This document shows positions 1-9,278 of a DNA stretch of 36,972 nucleotides, one piece after another; the first letter of the stretch is position 1, and every line of letters starts with the position of its first letter. Under the pieces are notes generated by a model that did no database searches, was not told the origin of the DNA, and saw only the letters and a list, made by a program, of their open reading frames with translations. Location of the stretch: positions 1 through 36,972 of the forward strand of contig CAZDKA010000004.1 of NCBI GenBank assembly GCA_964505815.1. The letters are read 5' to 3'. This DNA comes from an uncultured Candidatus Saccharibacteria bacterium (GTDB lineage Bacteria > Patescibacteriota > Minisyncoccia > Sungbacterales > SURF-37). A program made the translations under genes and the position numbers.

Positions 1-150
1 CGATTGAACGTGATATATTAAAAACTAAAGTTGCATTTCACTAGGAAATTTAGGCTCTTTAGCCATAGCCATTAGTTGCATAAGGCTGAAAACTTGTCAA
101 GCCCCGTTAGAAGCAGCGGTCGCGGCTATTTGCTCAACTTAAATTGAATT

Positions 151-179
151 TTGACATCCACAACCTGGTCTGCTACAAG
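151..179 (+). promoter_or_regulatory. Putative sigma70 promoter of comM (leaderless)
   Basis: TTGACA (151-156)-N17-TACAAG (174-179) with TG extension; ATG follows 7 nt later. Confidence 0.45.
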
Positions 180-186
180 TGCAACT

Positions 187-1734
187 ATGGTAAAACTTTA
201 TTCCGCGCAACTCTCCGGCCTCGATGCAACATTGGTTACGGTTGAAGTGGATCTCTCGTCAGGGCTTCACATTTTTTCTATTGTGGGACTGGCCGATAAA
301 GAAGTGCAGGAATCCAGGGAGCGAATAGGCGCGGCAATTAAAAATATCGGCGGCCGAGCGCCGCACAAAAAATCCCAGCGCGTAATCGTAAATCTCGCCC
401 CTGCGGATGTCAAAAAAGAAGGGCCTGCTTTTGATTTGCCGATAGCGCTCGCCTATCTTCTGGCTTCCGAGCAAGCGGCTTTCAATCCGGACGGAAAAAT
501 GTTTTTGGGCGAGTTAGGGCTCGACGGCACGGTCAAAAAAGTGCGCGGGGTGCTCTCAGCAGCCATCACTGCGCGTTCTCTTGGATTTAAAACAATCTAT
601 GTACCGGCCGGGAACGGGAATGAAGCATCCCTTGTTGAGGGCATTGAAACAAAAGAAGTTAAGAACATCAGCGAGCTTCTTGATGAGCTGGAAAACAAAA
701 AGCCGATTGCTCCATATTATCGCGAACAAAATGCAGAAAAACGCGTACAGGCGCTTGGCCTTTCTTTAATAAAGGGCCAGGAGCAAGCCAAACGCGCTCT
801 TGAAATTGCGGCCGCCGGCGGACATAACATTCTTATGCAGGGACCGCCCGGAACCGGTAAAACAATCTTGGCGCGCTCGCTTCCAGAAATTCTTCCGCAG
901 CTTTCTCATGAAGAAATGATTGAAGTGATGAAAATTTATAGCGCATCAGGCCTTTTAAAAGACGGCGACCTTGTTCACGATCGCCCATTTCGCTCGCCGC
1001 ATCATACTTCCTCGCCGGTAGCGATCGCAGGCGGCGGAAATCCGATCAGGCCGGGCGAAGTAACGCTGGCTCATCGCGGAGTGCTCTTTTTGGATGAATT
1101 GGCCGAATTTCAATCCGGCGTGCTTGACTCACTAAGAGAGCCGCTTGAGGAACGGGTTATTACTGTTTCACGCTCTCAGGGAAGCGTTGCATTTCCGGCG
1201 CATGTTATGCTCGTTGGAGCCATGAACCCTTGCCCCTGCGGCCATCTCAATAATCCCGGCAAAGAATGCGTCTGCACACCGGGTCAGATTACGAAATACC
1301 AGAGAAAAATATCAGGGCCGCTTCTTGACCGCATTGATATTTTCATAGAAGTGCCGCAAGTTGAGGTAAGAAAAATTGACGAAGAAAACGAAGACATAAC
1401 CGTGTCCGAAAAAATCCGCGAACGGGTGGAGCGCTCAAGGTCCGTCCAGCGCGAAAGGTTTTCCGCCAAAGGTAGCGCCGCCTCGGGCGGAAAAAGCGAA
1501 ACTATTTTCACCAATGCCGAGATGGGCCTGCGGGAAATAAAAAAATACTGCCCGCTCGGTGATGCTTCAAGGACAATGCTCAACCAGGCCTATGAGCGTC
1601 TCGGCCTCTCGGCCCGCGCCTATTATAGATTAGTAAAGATTGCGCGAACCATCGCCGACCTCGCCGAATCTCAAAATATAGAAACGCCTCATCTTCTGGA
1701 GGCGCTACAGTATAGAGCCAAAACAGAAGTATAA
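187..1734 (+). CDS. comM: ComM/YifB Mg-chelatase-like AAA+ ATPase (competence helicase)
   Basis: N-terminal VEVD..GL..FSIVGLADKEVQESRER, NLAPADVKKEGPAFDLPIA, Walker A GPPGTGKT, RPFRSPHH, GEVTLAHRGVLFLDE, MNPCPCG, ISGPLLDRID. ATG at 187 is preferred over TTG at 151. Confidence 0.95.
   Translation: MVKLYSAQLSGLDATLVTVEVDLSSGLHIFSIVGLADKEVQESRERIGAAIKNIGGRAPHKKSQRVIVNLAPADVKKEGPAFDLPIALAYLLASEQAAFNPDGKMFLGELGLDGTVKKVRGVLSAAITARSLGFKTIYVPAGNGNEASLVEGIETKEVKNISELLDELENKKPIAPYYREQNAEKRVQALGLSLIKGQEQAKRALEIAAAGGHNILMQGPPGTGKTILARSLPEILPQLSHEEMIEVMKIYSASGLLKDGDLVHDRPFRSPHHTSSPVAIAGGGNPIRPGEVTLAHRGVLFLDELAEFQSGVLDSLREPLEERVITVSRSQGSVAFPAHVMLVGAMNPCPCGHLNNPGKECVCTPGQITKYQRKISGPLLDRIDIFIEVPQVEVRKIDEENEDITVSEKIRERVERSRSVQRERFSAKGSAASGGKSETIFTNAEMGLREIKKYCPLGDASRTMLNQAYERLGLSARAYYRLVKIARTIADLAESQNIETPHLLEALQYRAKTEV
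1459..1494. repeat. Palindromic in-frame insert in comM
   Basis: TTTTCCGCC...GGCGGAAAA inverted repeat; 1462-1491 encodes SAKGSAASGG. Confidence 0.55.
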
Positions 1735-1739
1735 AATTG

Positions 1740-2070
1740 AAAACACCCCGACCGATGTGCCAGAGGTGTGGTCTTGGAAGTCCTACCCGCAGGAGCAGAT
1801 AGAACAGCTGTTTCCACACTTGAACACAAATGGTCGAGGTGAGTATTTTGACTCGGACAAAGCGGCTTGTCCGAACATTGCTTTGAAGGGCTCGCTCCCC
1901 ATCACTTCGGCCTTTATGGCCGAAGCCGCGTGGCGCGATTGCGCCTAAAAAGTGCAGTGACTGGAGACCTGTGCCCCGTTCATTGGCTGGCTTTCAAACG
2001 ACGTCCCCGCCGGCCAACTACCATCTTCCCAATCTGGGACGCTTAAGGCCTCGGGCCCTCCAGTCGGTTT
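1740..2070 (-). ncRNA. Candidate structured ncRNA, family unknown
   Basis: Lies downstream of a consensus minus-strand promoter, has several perfect stems (1853-1874, 1905-1925, 1959-1966/2058-2065) and no convincing minus-strand ORF. Confidence 0.4.
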
Positions 2071-2076
2071 AGATAC

Positions 2077-2104
2077 ATTATACCAAAACTGTATAATCTG
2101 TCAA
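2077..2104 (-). promoter_or_regulatory. Consensus sigma70 promoter
   Basis: Minus strand TTGACA (2104-2099)-N16-TATAAT (2082-2077) with TGn extension. Confidence 0.65.
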
Positions 2105-2113
2105 GCAAAAATC

Positions 2114-2143
2114 AAAAAACGCCAGTGTTTACTGGTGTTTTTT
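2114..2143. terminator. Bidirectional intrinsic terminator
   Basis: AAAAAACGCCAGT-GTTT-ACTGGTGTTTTTT hairpin with A and T tails, downstream of the minus-strand M23 gene. Confidence 0.6.
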
Positions 2144-2180
2144 ACTATTCACTAACAACTGCCTACTACCAACTAATTCA

Positions 2181-2389
2181 ACCCCAGCACCAAATTTTGC
2201 GAGTTATTCCACGGCAAGACGCTTCGCCCATTTCGGATTGGGCCTATTCGGCCCACGCGTCTTGCTCGGGTTTCTCAAGAACCTACAAATTACGAAATCC
2301 TTTCAATGGTTACGGCAAAATTAGTGCGGGGTTAAGCATTTGTAGCCACTCGAATTACGCTTCGCTTATTCTCGCGGACAAATGCTTAA
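2181..2389. repeat. Bipartite palindromic element: ~150-bp unit plus 58-bp TTAAGCATTTGT...ACAAATGCTTAA unit
   Basis: TIRs at 2181-2200/2315-2332 and 2332-2343/2378-2389; second copy at 3431-3635. Confidence 0.7.
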
Positions 2390-3450
2390 AACGGATTCTT
2401 TGCTCCTCTTACTTCAAAGTGGACATGGCAACCGGTAGAATTGCCGGATGAGCCGATAGTGCCTATGGGCTGGCCCTGGCTAATATTTTGCCCGACTGCG
2501 GCAGAAACCTCTTTGAGGTGGGCGTACAAGGTCTGGGTTCCGTTCGGATGAGTGATAGCAAGATACCTGCCGTATCCGCCGTTCCAACCCTGAGGGCGCG
2601 CGATAATCACGGTTCCGCCGGCCGAGGCCAGAACCGGCAGGCCGCAGGTATTAGCAAGGTCAATTCCGTTGTATCCGTGAATGCCGCGGCTCTTTCTTCC
2701 GCCATCAATGGGGCGGAGATAGTAACCGTCATAGGACGGGTAGCGGTTGATTTCTGCCTGATGGCGCGAAGGCCCTAAGTAGTTCGGGGTCCAGTCAAAC
2801 TCGCCGTCGGGAATAATAAGCGTTGAGCCGACGAGCGGCGGCCCGTCCGGTGAAAGACCGTTGAAAGCCAGAATGTCCTCAATGTTCCCTCTGTATTTTT
2901 TGGCGATGGAGTCAATTGTGTCATTTTTTTTCACTTCAACCTGGACGCCGGATATGGGCAAAACAAGAAGCTTGTCTCCCGGGCGTATGGCCCTGGGATC
3001 GGTCAAGTTGTTTGCCCAAAGAAGGGTATTTAAGCTGACACCGAACGACTTTGCAATTTGCGACGGATTGTCGCCGGGCTTTACCGTATAAATGAAAATC
3101 TGTCCTGCGGCAAACTCATCGGCTATAACTCCGACCGGGTTTAGGGGTGCGGCCAAGGCGCTGTTTTGTACAACGGTAAGCCCTATATCCTCACGCAGTC
3201 CGCCTTTGCCCTCCAGCGGAGGGTTGGGCGTTGAGTCAAGAGCCGGGATAGAAACAGAGGCAAGTGTTTCCTTAATAAAGAACGGCTGTGCCCGTTCTTC
3301 CACGGCTTTTTTTGAAGAATAGCCGAAAAATTCAAACAAATTAGACAAAAATCCGGCCTGGGCCGGACTTGTATTGGGAAACAAAACAAAAAAGCCGATA
3401 AAAACAGTAATAATTGCGGTTTTAGCTCTCACCCCGCACCAATTTTGCAT
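2386..3450 (-). CDS. LysM-domain M23 family metallopeptidase (peptidoglycan DD-endopeptidase)
   Basis: Hydrophobic N-terminus, two LysM repeats (YTVKPGDNPSQIAKSFGVS; VKKNDTIDSIAKKY), M23 motifs HGYNGID, YAHL, GNSTGCHVHFEV. Start likely ATG 3450 or GTG 3432, not 3780. Confidence 0.9.
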   Translation of the reverse strand: MQNWCGVRAKTAIITVFIGFFVLFPNTSPAQAGFLSNLFEFFGYSSKKAVEERAQPFFIKETLASVSIPALDSTPNPPLEGKGGLREDIGLTVVQNSALAAPLNPVGVIADEFAAGQIFIYTVKPGDNPSQIAKSFGVSLNTLLWANNLTDPRAIRPGDKLLVLPISGVQVEVKKNDTIDSIAKKYRGNIEDILAFNGLSPDGPPLVGSTLIIPDGEFDWTPNYLGPSRHQAEINRYPSYDGYYLRPIDGGRKSRGIHGYNGIDLANTCGLPVLASAGGTVIIARPQGWNGGYGRYLAITHPNGTQTLYAHLKEVSAAVGQNISQGQPIGTIGSSGNSTGCHVHFEVRGAKNPF

Positions 3451-3635
3451 GATATTCCATGGCGAAGCGCTTCGCTCATTTAGGGATGCGCTATTCGCGC
3501 ACGCACTTCGCTCACTTTTATCAGTCCATCTGTGGCATCCGTACAGCAAAGCTAACCAAGGCAAAATTGGTACTGGGTTAAGCATTTGTGCCTTCTCAAC
3601 TTCGCCTCCGGCTAGTTTCGAAGACAAATGCTTAA
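3431..3635. repeat. Second copy of the bipartite palindromic element
   Basis: ACCCCGCACCAATTTTGC (3431-3448)...GCAAAATTGGTACTGGGT (3561-3578), then TTAAGCATTTGT (3578-3589)...ACAAATGCTTAA (3624-3635). Confidence 0.7.
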
Positions 3636-3765
3636 AAAAAGCCGAATGCTTCTTTTGTGAAAGAAGCATTTTTGGCATTTTTACTATTTTTTTTGCTATC
3701 CCCAAACCACATACCGAGGTCTTGCCTGATTGGCTGGGGTTATATATCGCTTTAATAGGCATTTT

Positions 3766-3838
3766 GGCGGCTTTTTTCAATTTTTACCTGCGAGCGCGAG
3801 GCATAGCCGATGCGCGAGTAGCTGTAAAGATTGAACCC
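3766..3838. repeat. ~70-bp palindromic element, copy 1
   Basis: TTCAAT-TTTACCTGCGAGCG...GCTGTAAA-ATTGAACCC; similar copy at 13974-14043. Confidence 0.6.
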
Positions 3839-4029
3839 GCCAAAATTTTTGCGGAGCAAAAACTTAGGCGGGTCGCTTGGTTTGCGGCCAAATTTCTCGC
3901 TTTTGGCTCGAAATTTGGGCAAACAGCAGCTTTTAAGCCACTTTATAACAAGATGTTGCCTGACTGTTATCAAGGGCTAATTTTTAGAATACCCAAAAAA
4001 AGCTGCCTATGGCAAGTGCTATATCCACA

Positions 4030-4104
4030 CCCCGTTAGAGATCCGCCCTGTCTACGGCCATGGCGGCAGCCCCGACGTAACGTCGGGGCTTATCTCTAAC
4101 GGGG
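4030..4104. repeat. CCCCGTTAGA-family miniature inverted-repeat element
   Basis: Perfect 13-bp TIR CCCCGTTAGAGAT/ATCTCTAACGGGG with internal hairpin AGCCCCGACG-TAA-CGTCGGGGCT; lone ends at 102-113 and 4201-4212. Confidence 0.7.
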
Positions 4105-4233
4105 CACGCCCCAGACAGTTTTGCCTGCTCCGCTTATAATTTTGTCCTAAAAAGGCCACCAGGCCATTTTGAGAGACATCCGAAACAAAATCAGTGTAAG
4201 TTTCTAACGGGGTCTGCTACGATACCTCCATCA

Positions 4234-6198
4234 ATGCCAGAGAGAGACCGCTTACAAGACCCGATCCTGGGTCCCCTTAACGAAAAACAGCGGGAGGCGG
4301 TTACGGCCGTTCACGGCCCTGTATTGATAATTGCCGGCGCCGGCTCGGGCAAAACCAAGGCCCTGACCCACCGCGTGGCTTATCTCGTTTCGCAGGGTGT
4401 GAAGCCCGAAAATATCCTTGCCGTAACCTTCACCAATAAAGCCGCGGACGAGATGCGCAACCGAATACGTGCGCTAACCAACAACCAACAACTAACAACT
4501 AACAACTCGCTATTTGTCGGCACCTTCCACTCTTTTTGCGCATCAGTTCTACGGGCGGAGTATGCGAAAATAGGTTTTCGCAAGAATTTCACTATTTTTG
4601 ACGATGATGATTCTTTATCGCTCGTCAAAGAAGTAATGAGGGGCTTGAACGTTTCTTCCAAACAGTATCAGCCGGGCATGATGGGCCATGTTATATCCGG
4701 TCTGAAAAATCAGCTTATCGGGCCGGAAGAGTATGCATTAGAATACAGCACGGACGTGTTCACCAAAACAGTATCGCGTGTGTATGCCGAGTATCAGAAA
4801 AAACTGAAAGACGCTAATGCTTTTGATTTTGACGATCTTATTATGCAGGTCGTGCTTCTTTTCCGGAAGAGCCCCGACATCCTTGAAAAGTACCAAAATC
4901 ACTATAAATACTTGCATGTTGATGAGTTCCAGGACACTAATCTACCCCAGTATCTCCTGGTGCGGCTGCTTGCCAAAAAACACGGCAATATCTTTGTTAT
5001 TGGGGACGATGGGCAAGCGATTTATGGATGGAGGGGGGCTGATTGGCGGAACATCCTCAATTTTGAGAAGGACTGGCCCGGCGCCAGGGTTATTTTCCTT
5101 GAGCAGAATTACCGCTCAACCAAGACCATTCTTGCGGCCGCCAACCATTTAATCCGCCACAACGCCCTTCAAAAAGAAAAAAATCTGTGGACAGATAACG
5201 CAGATGGCGTCCGGCTTACTTTAAATCTCGTAGAGAACGAACGCCGTGAAGCAGAAGCTATTGCCGAGGAAATCGTGCGGCTCACAAAAGAAGAAAATAA
5301 GCGCCCCGAAGATGTTGCCGTCCTGTATCGCACAAATGCTCAATCCAGAGCGCTGGAAGAAGCGCTGATTGAATATTCGCTGCCTTATGTGATTATCGGC
5401 GGCATAAAATTTTTCCAGCGAAAAGAAATCAAAGATATTGTCGCTTACCTCCGATACCTCGTGAATCCTTCCGACTACGTTTCTCTCAGGCGAATAATCA
5501 ATCTGCCGCCCCGCGGCATTGGCAAAGTCGCTTTCTTGAATTACGTGTCCGGGAAAAAGAAGCTATCCTCTGGAAAAGAAGCTTTAGGGATTGAAAAATT
5601 TGATCATTTGATAGATGCGCTCCGGCGCGAATCGGAAAAACTTACTGCCTCAAAATTCATCAAGGCCCTTCTTCAAAAAATCCGCTACCGCGAATATCTT
5701 GACGACGGCCGAGAATTGGCCCGAGAGCGCTGGGAAAACGTGCAGGAGCTGGTGAGTTTGGCGGCTCACTTTGACGAACTCGGTCAGGAAGGAGGGATAA
5801 CAAAACTTCTGGAAGAAATCGCACTGGTTTCTTTTGAAGACCGGGGAAATCCCGGCGAGCGGGCCCAAGGAAAAACAACCCTGATGACCATGCATGCCGC
5901 CAAAGGCCTTGAGTTCCCGGTTGTATTCATAACCGGCATGGAAGAAGGTATTTTTCCGCATGCGAAATCATTTGCTGATCCGGCCTCGCTTGAAGAAGAG
6001 CGCCGGCTTTGTTACGTGGCTATCACAAGAGCCAAGGAAAAACTTTATCTTTCCCGGGCCTCCAGAAGAATGCTTTTCGGCGAGATACAATCCAATATTC
6101 CTTCGCGCTTTTTGAAAGAAATCCCAGGGGAATGCGTTGAGGTCAAAGAATTGAACGAAGATGATGACTATGAAGACGATGCGTTTATCATCGAATAA
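4234..6198 (+). CDS. pcrA: ATP-dependent DNA helicase PcrA/UvrD
   Basis: IIAGAGSGKT, VTFTNKAA, TFHS, VDEFQDTN, QNYRST, LYRTNAQSR, HAAKGLEF, EERRLCYVAITRAK. Confidence 0.96.
   Translation: MPERDRLQDPILGPLNEKQREAVTAVHGPVLIIAGAGSGKTKALTHRVAYLVSQGVKPENILAVTFTNKAADEMRNRIRALTNNQQLTTNNSLFVGTFHSFCASVLRAEYAKIGFRKNFTIFDDDDSLSLVKEVMRGLNVSSKQYQPGMMGHVISGLKNQLIGPEEYALEYSTDVFTKTVSRVYAEYQKKLKDANAFDFDDLIMQVVLLFRKSPDILEKYQNHYKYLHVDEFQDTNLPQYLLVRLLAKKHGNIFVIGDDGQAIYGWRGADWRNILNFEKDWPGARVIFLEQNYRSTKTILAAANHLIRHNALQKEKNLWTDNADGVRLTLNLVENERREAEAIAEEIVRLTKEENKRPEDVAVLYRTNAQSRALEEALIEYSLPYVIIGGIKFFQRKEIKDIVAYLRYLVNPSDYVSLRRIINLPPRGIGKVAFLNYVSGKKKLSSGKEALGIEKFDHLIDALRRESEKLTASKFIKALLQKIRYREYLDDGRELARERWENVQELVSLAAHFDELGQEGGITKLLEEIALVSFEDRGNPGERAQGKTTLMTMHAAKGLEFPVVFITGMEEGIFPHAKSFADPASLEEERRLCYVAITRAKEKLYLSRASRRMLFGEIQSNIPSRFLKEIPGECVEVKELNEDDDYEDDAFIIE
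4474..4508 (+). repeat. Heptamer tandem repeat (ACAACYA-like x5) inside pcrA
   Basis: CTAACCA ACAACCA ACAACTA ACAACTA ACAACTC; encodes LTNNQQLTTNNS. Confidence 0.75.
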
Positions 6199-6260
6199 TC
6201 CGCTTTTAACAAAATACAACTAATAAGCGACCGCTTATTAGTTGTATTTACTACGCTCTT

Positions 6261-7046
6261 ATGCAAAAATCGAAATTCCTCGGTCAGCATTTTCTCAAAA
6301 ACCAAAAAGTAGTCCTTACGATGGTCGATGCGGCACGCACCGAGCCGGCTGTTGATGTTGTCTTGGAAGTCGGAGCGGGACAAGGAATCCTCACCCGTGC
6401 TCTTAAAAAATTTAAGAACGTCATCGCTATAGAAAAAGACCCGCGCCTTGCCGAAGAATTGCGCGCCGCTTTAGCAAAAATAGAGATTACCAACTGCGAA
6501 ATTATTACAGGCGATATTTTAAAAATTGATATTGCCGCCCTTATCGGGGAAAAATCATACGCCGTAATCGCCAACATTCCCTACTATCTAACTTCGCGGC
6601 TTATCCGCATATTTCTTGAGAGCGGCCGCCAGCCGCGCTACATGATCCTAATGGTGCAAAAAGAGGTTGCCGAGCGGATTGTTGCGCGCCCGCCATGTAT
6701 GAATCTTCTTGCCCTCTCCGTGCAAGCTTATGGCCATCCGAAAATCATCGGCCGAATATCCAAAAAAGAGTTCAACCCGGAACCAAAAGTTGATTCGGCT
6801 ATCGTAAAGATTTCGGACATATCAAAACAATTTTTTACAAAGCAAAAAATATCCGAAGCGGATTTTTTTGCAGTATTGAGAACGGCGTTCTCGCAAAAAA
6901 GGAAAAAGATCGCGAACTCTCTTGCCGGATTTTACGGAGAGAAAATTGTCGCCGAAGAAAAAATTAAAACAGCCGGCCTCCGATCGAATGCGCGAGCGCA
7001 GGAATTGTCGCTCGAGGATTGGACTAATCTTTTGCGCTTACCCTGA
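6261..7046 (+). CDS. rsmA: 16S rRNA adenine dimethyltransferase RsmA/KsgA
   Basis: GQHFL, VLEVGAGQG, IEKD, ANIPYYLTS, MVQKEVAERI, PKVDSA. Confidence 0.95.
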   Translation: MQKSKFLGQHFLKNQKVVLTMVDAARTEPAVDVVLEVGAGQGILTRALKKFKNVIAIEKDPRLAEELRAALAKIEITNCEIITGDILKIDIAALIGEKSYAVIANIPYYLTSRLIRIFLESGRQPRYMILMVQKEVAERIVARPPCMNLLALSVQAYGHPKIIGRISKKEFNPEPKVDSAIVKISDISKQFFTKQKISEADFFAVLRTAFSQKRKKIANSLAGFYGEKIVAEEKIKTAGLRSNARAQELSLEDWTNLLRLP

Positions 7047-7073
7047 TGCGCCCTTATATCTGATTCAAAATCC

Positions 7074-8180
7074 TTAAAGATTGCAGCCGCAAATTTTTGT
7101 GGCTGGATCCCAGATTGCCGATCCGGAACAAACATTCAAGCATCCAACCGGTTTCTTCTTGATGGAACACTTGCAGCACGGAGCCGGAAAATTCACACCC
7201 ACGGTCTCTCCGCCTCCGCCGACACGGAAACAAACCGGACCAGCACCAATTTCTAACGCCTGAGCGCTTTGCGGCATAATATTGAATGCTTTTAATAAAA
7301 GCTCCGCTGACTCATGAAAAATGCCGCGAAACGCGCCGAGCAAGACCACTGCCTTATTCTCTTCGGGGAAACATGCGCCCAACGGCTCCGGCAGCAAATC
7401 AAATGTCGGCGGCAGTCCTTGCGATTTCAATAACTCATCAACTTGTTTGTCCGCCTCTTCCTTAGACGGCAGTGTTTTTTCTGCTTCACGCAAAAGCGTT
7501 GATCGACGCAAAACTGTCACATCTTGCGCTTCCCGATATTTCTCGCTATAGGGCCGATCAAAAAGGAACGCCCGACCCGAGAGGTAGCCATTATAATCGG
7601 CCTGCGAGATAGCTCCTTGGTCGCGTAGGAATTTAAAAAAAATATCGTTAAATTTTATTACGTCCGTTTCGCCGCTGAACTTAAACTGTTGATTTTTGGC
7701 AATAGCTCCTAGCCCAACCAGCGCGGCCTGGACGTCTTTAAGCGTATCAAGGTAGAAATTTGGGAATAGGGTATGGAAAACCTCGTCTGGCGTAAGGACT
7801 ATCTCGGCGGCCGGCGGCGACGGGGCGGCTTTCGGCGGCTCTTTTTTTTGTAGAGCCGGCTCAACAATCCTTTTTGATATCTCAAAAAGCGGCCGCAGCT
7901 CCTCGGCAACCAGCGAAGGAAGCTGAATAATTGAACCAAAAAACTCAACAATAACGGGCTTTTTTTCTACTTTCTCAGCCCCTATGGGCACCTGTACCTC
8001 TCGCTCCGTCTGGGTTCCGCGTCCTGGGATGGCGGGGGCAAAACGAACTTCGGAACTAGGAAGAGTTATCGACCTCGGCTGCTGTGGGGTTAGAGTCTTA
8101 AATAGGAAAAAGAGGGCCACGGCGGCACCAAGCCCAACAAACAAAAACGACACAATTACTAGCGTCCGCCTACTCATCAT
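7074..8180 (-). CDS. Membrane-anchored hypothetical protein with Cys-rich C-terminal domain
   Basis: N-terminal TM helix; 8 Cys in the last ~52 aa. Start at 8180 lies 7 nt after TATAAT (ORF track starts at 8189). Confidence 0.75.
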   Translation of the reverse strand: MMSRRTLVIVSFLFVGLGAAVALFFLFKTLTPQQPRSITLPSSEVRFAPAIPGRGTQTEREVQVPIGAEKVEKKPVIVEFFGSIIQLPSLVAEELRPLFEISKRIVEPALQKKEPPKAAPSPPAAEIVLTPDEVFHTLFPNFYLDTLKDVQAALVGLGAIAKNQQFKFSGETDVIKFNDIFFKFLRDQGAISQADYNGYLSGRAFLFDRPYSEKYREAQDVTVLRRSTLLREAEKTLPSKEEADKQVDELLKSQGLPPTFDLLPEPLGACFPEENKAVVLLGAFRGIFHESAELLLKAFNIMPQSAQALEIGAGPVCFRVGGGGETVGVNFPAPCCKCSIKKKPVGCLNVCSGSAIWDPATKICGCNL

Positions 8181-8201
8181 TATCCTCATTATAAACTCTA
8201 A

Positions 8202-8245
8202 TTATCCACAGGAAAGCGACATTTTGTCCACATCCATACTATAAT
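8202..8245 (+). promoter_or_regulatory. Divergent promoter region with DnaA boxes
   Basis: TTATCCACA (8202-8210, perfect), TTGTCCACA (8224-8232), TATAAT (8240-8245) 7 nt before ATG 8253. Confidence 0.5.
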
Positions 8246-8252
8246 AAAAATA

Positions 8253-9278
8253 ATGGAAAATAGCGGACTTTTCAGAAAAACTCACGGAGCTCGCCTGAGG
8301 TGGTTTTGGATTTTTGTAGGGGTATTGCTTGTCGCCCTTGTAGGATTCTTTGTTTTTGTTCCGCTGACCACTAAAGAGAAAAAGCGCTCTGCCGGCCCAC
8401 CAAAAACAAAAGAGGAGGCGATTCAGCTGGTTATGCGCGATAGCGATAATGACGGCCTAAAGGATTGGGAGGAGAAAATATACGGCACTGATCCGGAAAA
8501 AATCGATACCGACAAAGACGGAACGCCTGACGGCGAAGAAATAAAAGAGGGCAGAAATCCTCTCCAACCAGGCCGCAAGTTACCTGACGGTGCTTGGTCA
8601 GATATACTTTCGGTGGCTCTTGCGCCACCCGAAGACAATAACAAAACCCAAGCGTTAGCCAACGAGTTAATAAACAACTCGCTGACCAAGGTCATTGCCG
8701 AAAGCGTTGCCGGCAGCAAGCCGGCCACCGATCTTTTAGCGAATCCCGGTCTCCAGTCATACGTTGAAAAACTTGGCAAGACATCACTCTTCGATAAAGT
8801 CATCCGGCCGGAAGAGCGCGAGTTTATAATACAGGGCGACAACTCGCCCGAAGCAGTAAAAACTTATTTCAACCGCGTTATCGAAATCCATGTTGATAAT
8901 TTTTCCAAGATAGACAGCGACTTGAGTATTTTGTACCTTGCCGCAACCGGCTCGAACCCCAAGGCCTTTCGCCGTCTGGATGCCAATATTGCCGCAATCG
9001 AAAAAGCTATTCAAGAAACGAGAGGCGTTCCGGTGCCGACGCAGTGGCTGGAATTTGCCAAAAAGTATATCTGGTACCTTTCCAAGACGCTCACCGCGGT
9101 CAAGATTCTAAGAAACAGCGAAAACGATCCGGTCTCGTCCTTGCTGGTGCTAAACGACCGCGTACAGCTGATAGATGACTTCCGCAATCTCTATCTCGAT
9201 ACAAAAATAAAGCTGGCTGCAGCCGGCATAGCTTTTCATAGTCGCGAGCCGGCCTTCTTGATTACTCAACAAAAATGA
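8253..9278 (+). CDS. Membrane-anchored protein with thrombospondin type 3-like Ca-binding repeats
   Basis: N-terminal TM; DSDNDGLKDWEE..YGTDP..DTDKDGTPDGEE..GRNP. Confidence 0.8.
   Translation: MENSGLFRKTHGARLRWFWIFVGVLLVALVGFFVFVPLTTKEKKRSAGPPKTKEEAIQLVMRDSDNDGLKDWEEKIYGTDPEKIDTDKDGTPDGEEIKEGRNPLQPGRKLPDGAWSDILSVALAPPEDNNKTQALANELINNSLTKVIAESVAGSKPATDLLANPGLQSYVEKLGKTSLFDKVIRPEEREFIIQGDNSPEAVKTYFNRVIEIHVDNFSKIDSDLSILYLAATGSNPKAFRRLDANIAAIEKAIQETRGVPVPTQWLEFAKKYIWYLSKTLTAVKILRNSENDPVSSLLVLNDRVQLIDDFRNLYLDTKIKLAAAGIAFHSREPAFLITQQK

Noticed and set aside
1757-1948. 63-aa plus-strand ORF
   Set aside because: No recognisable motif; it overlaps a stem-rich region with an opposing consensus promoter. 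Not fully excluded.
1740-2070. tmRNA, RNase P RNA, SRP RNA or tRNA identity (also considered for 36596-36880)
   Set aside because: No GAGGAAAGUCC, tRNA-like acceptor/T-arm ends or SRP loop motif could be found by eye.
3451-3780. N-terminal extension of the M23 ORF, and the opposite-strand ORF 3374-4099
   Set aside because: Both run through palindromic repeat elements; the signal-like hydrophobic segment begins only after ~3430.
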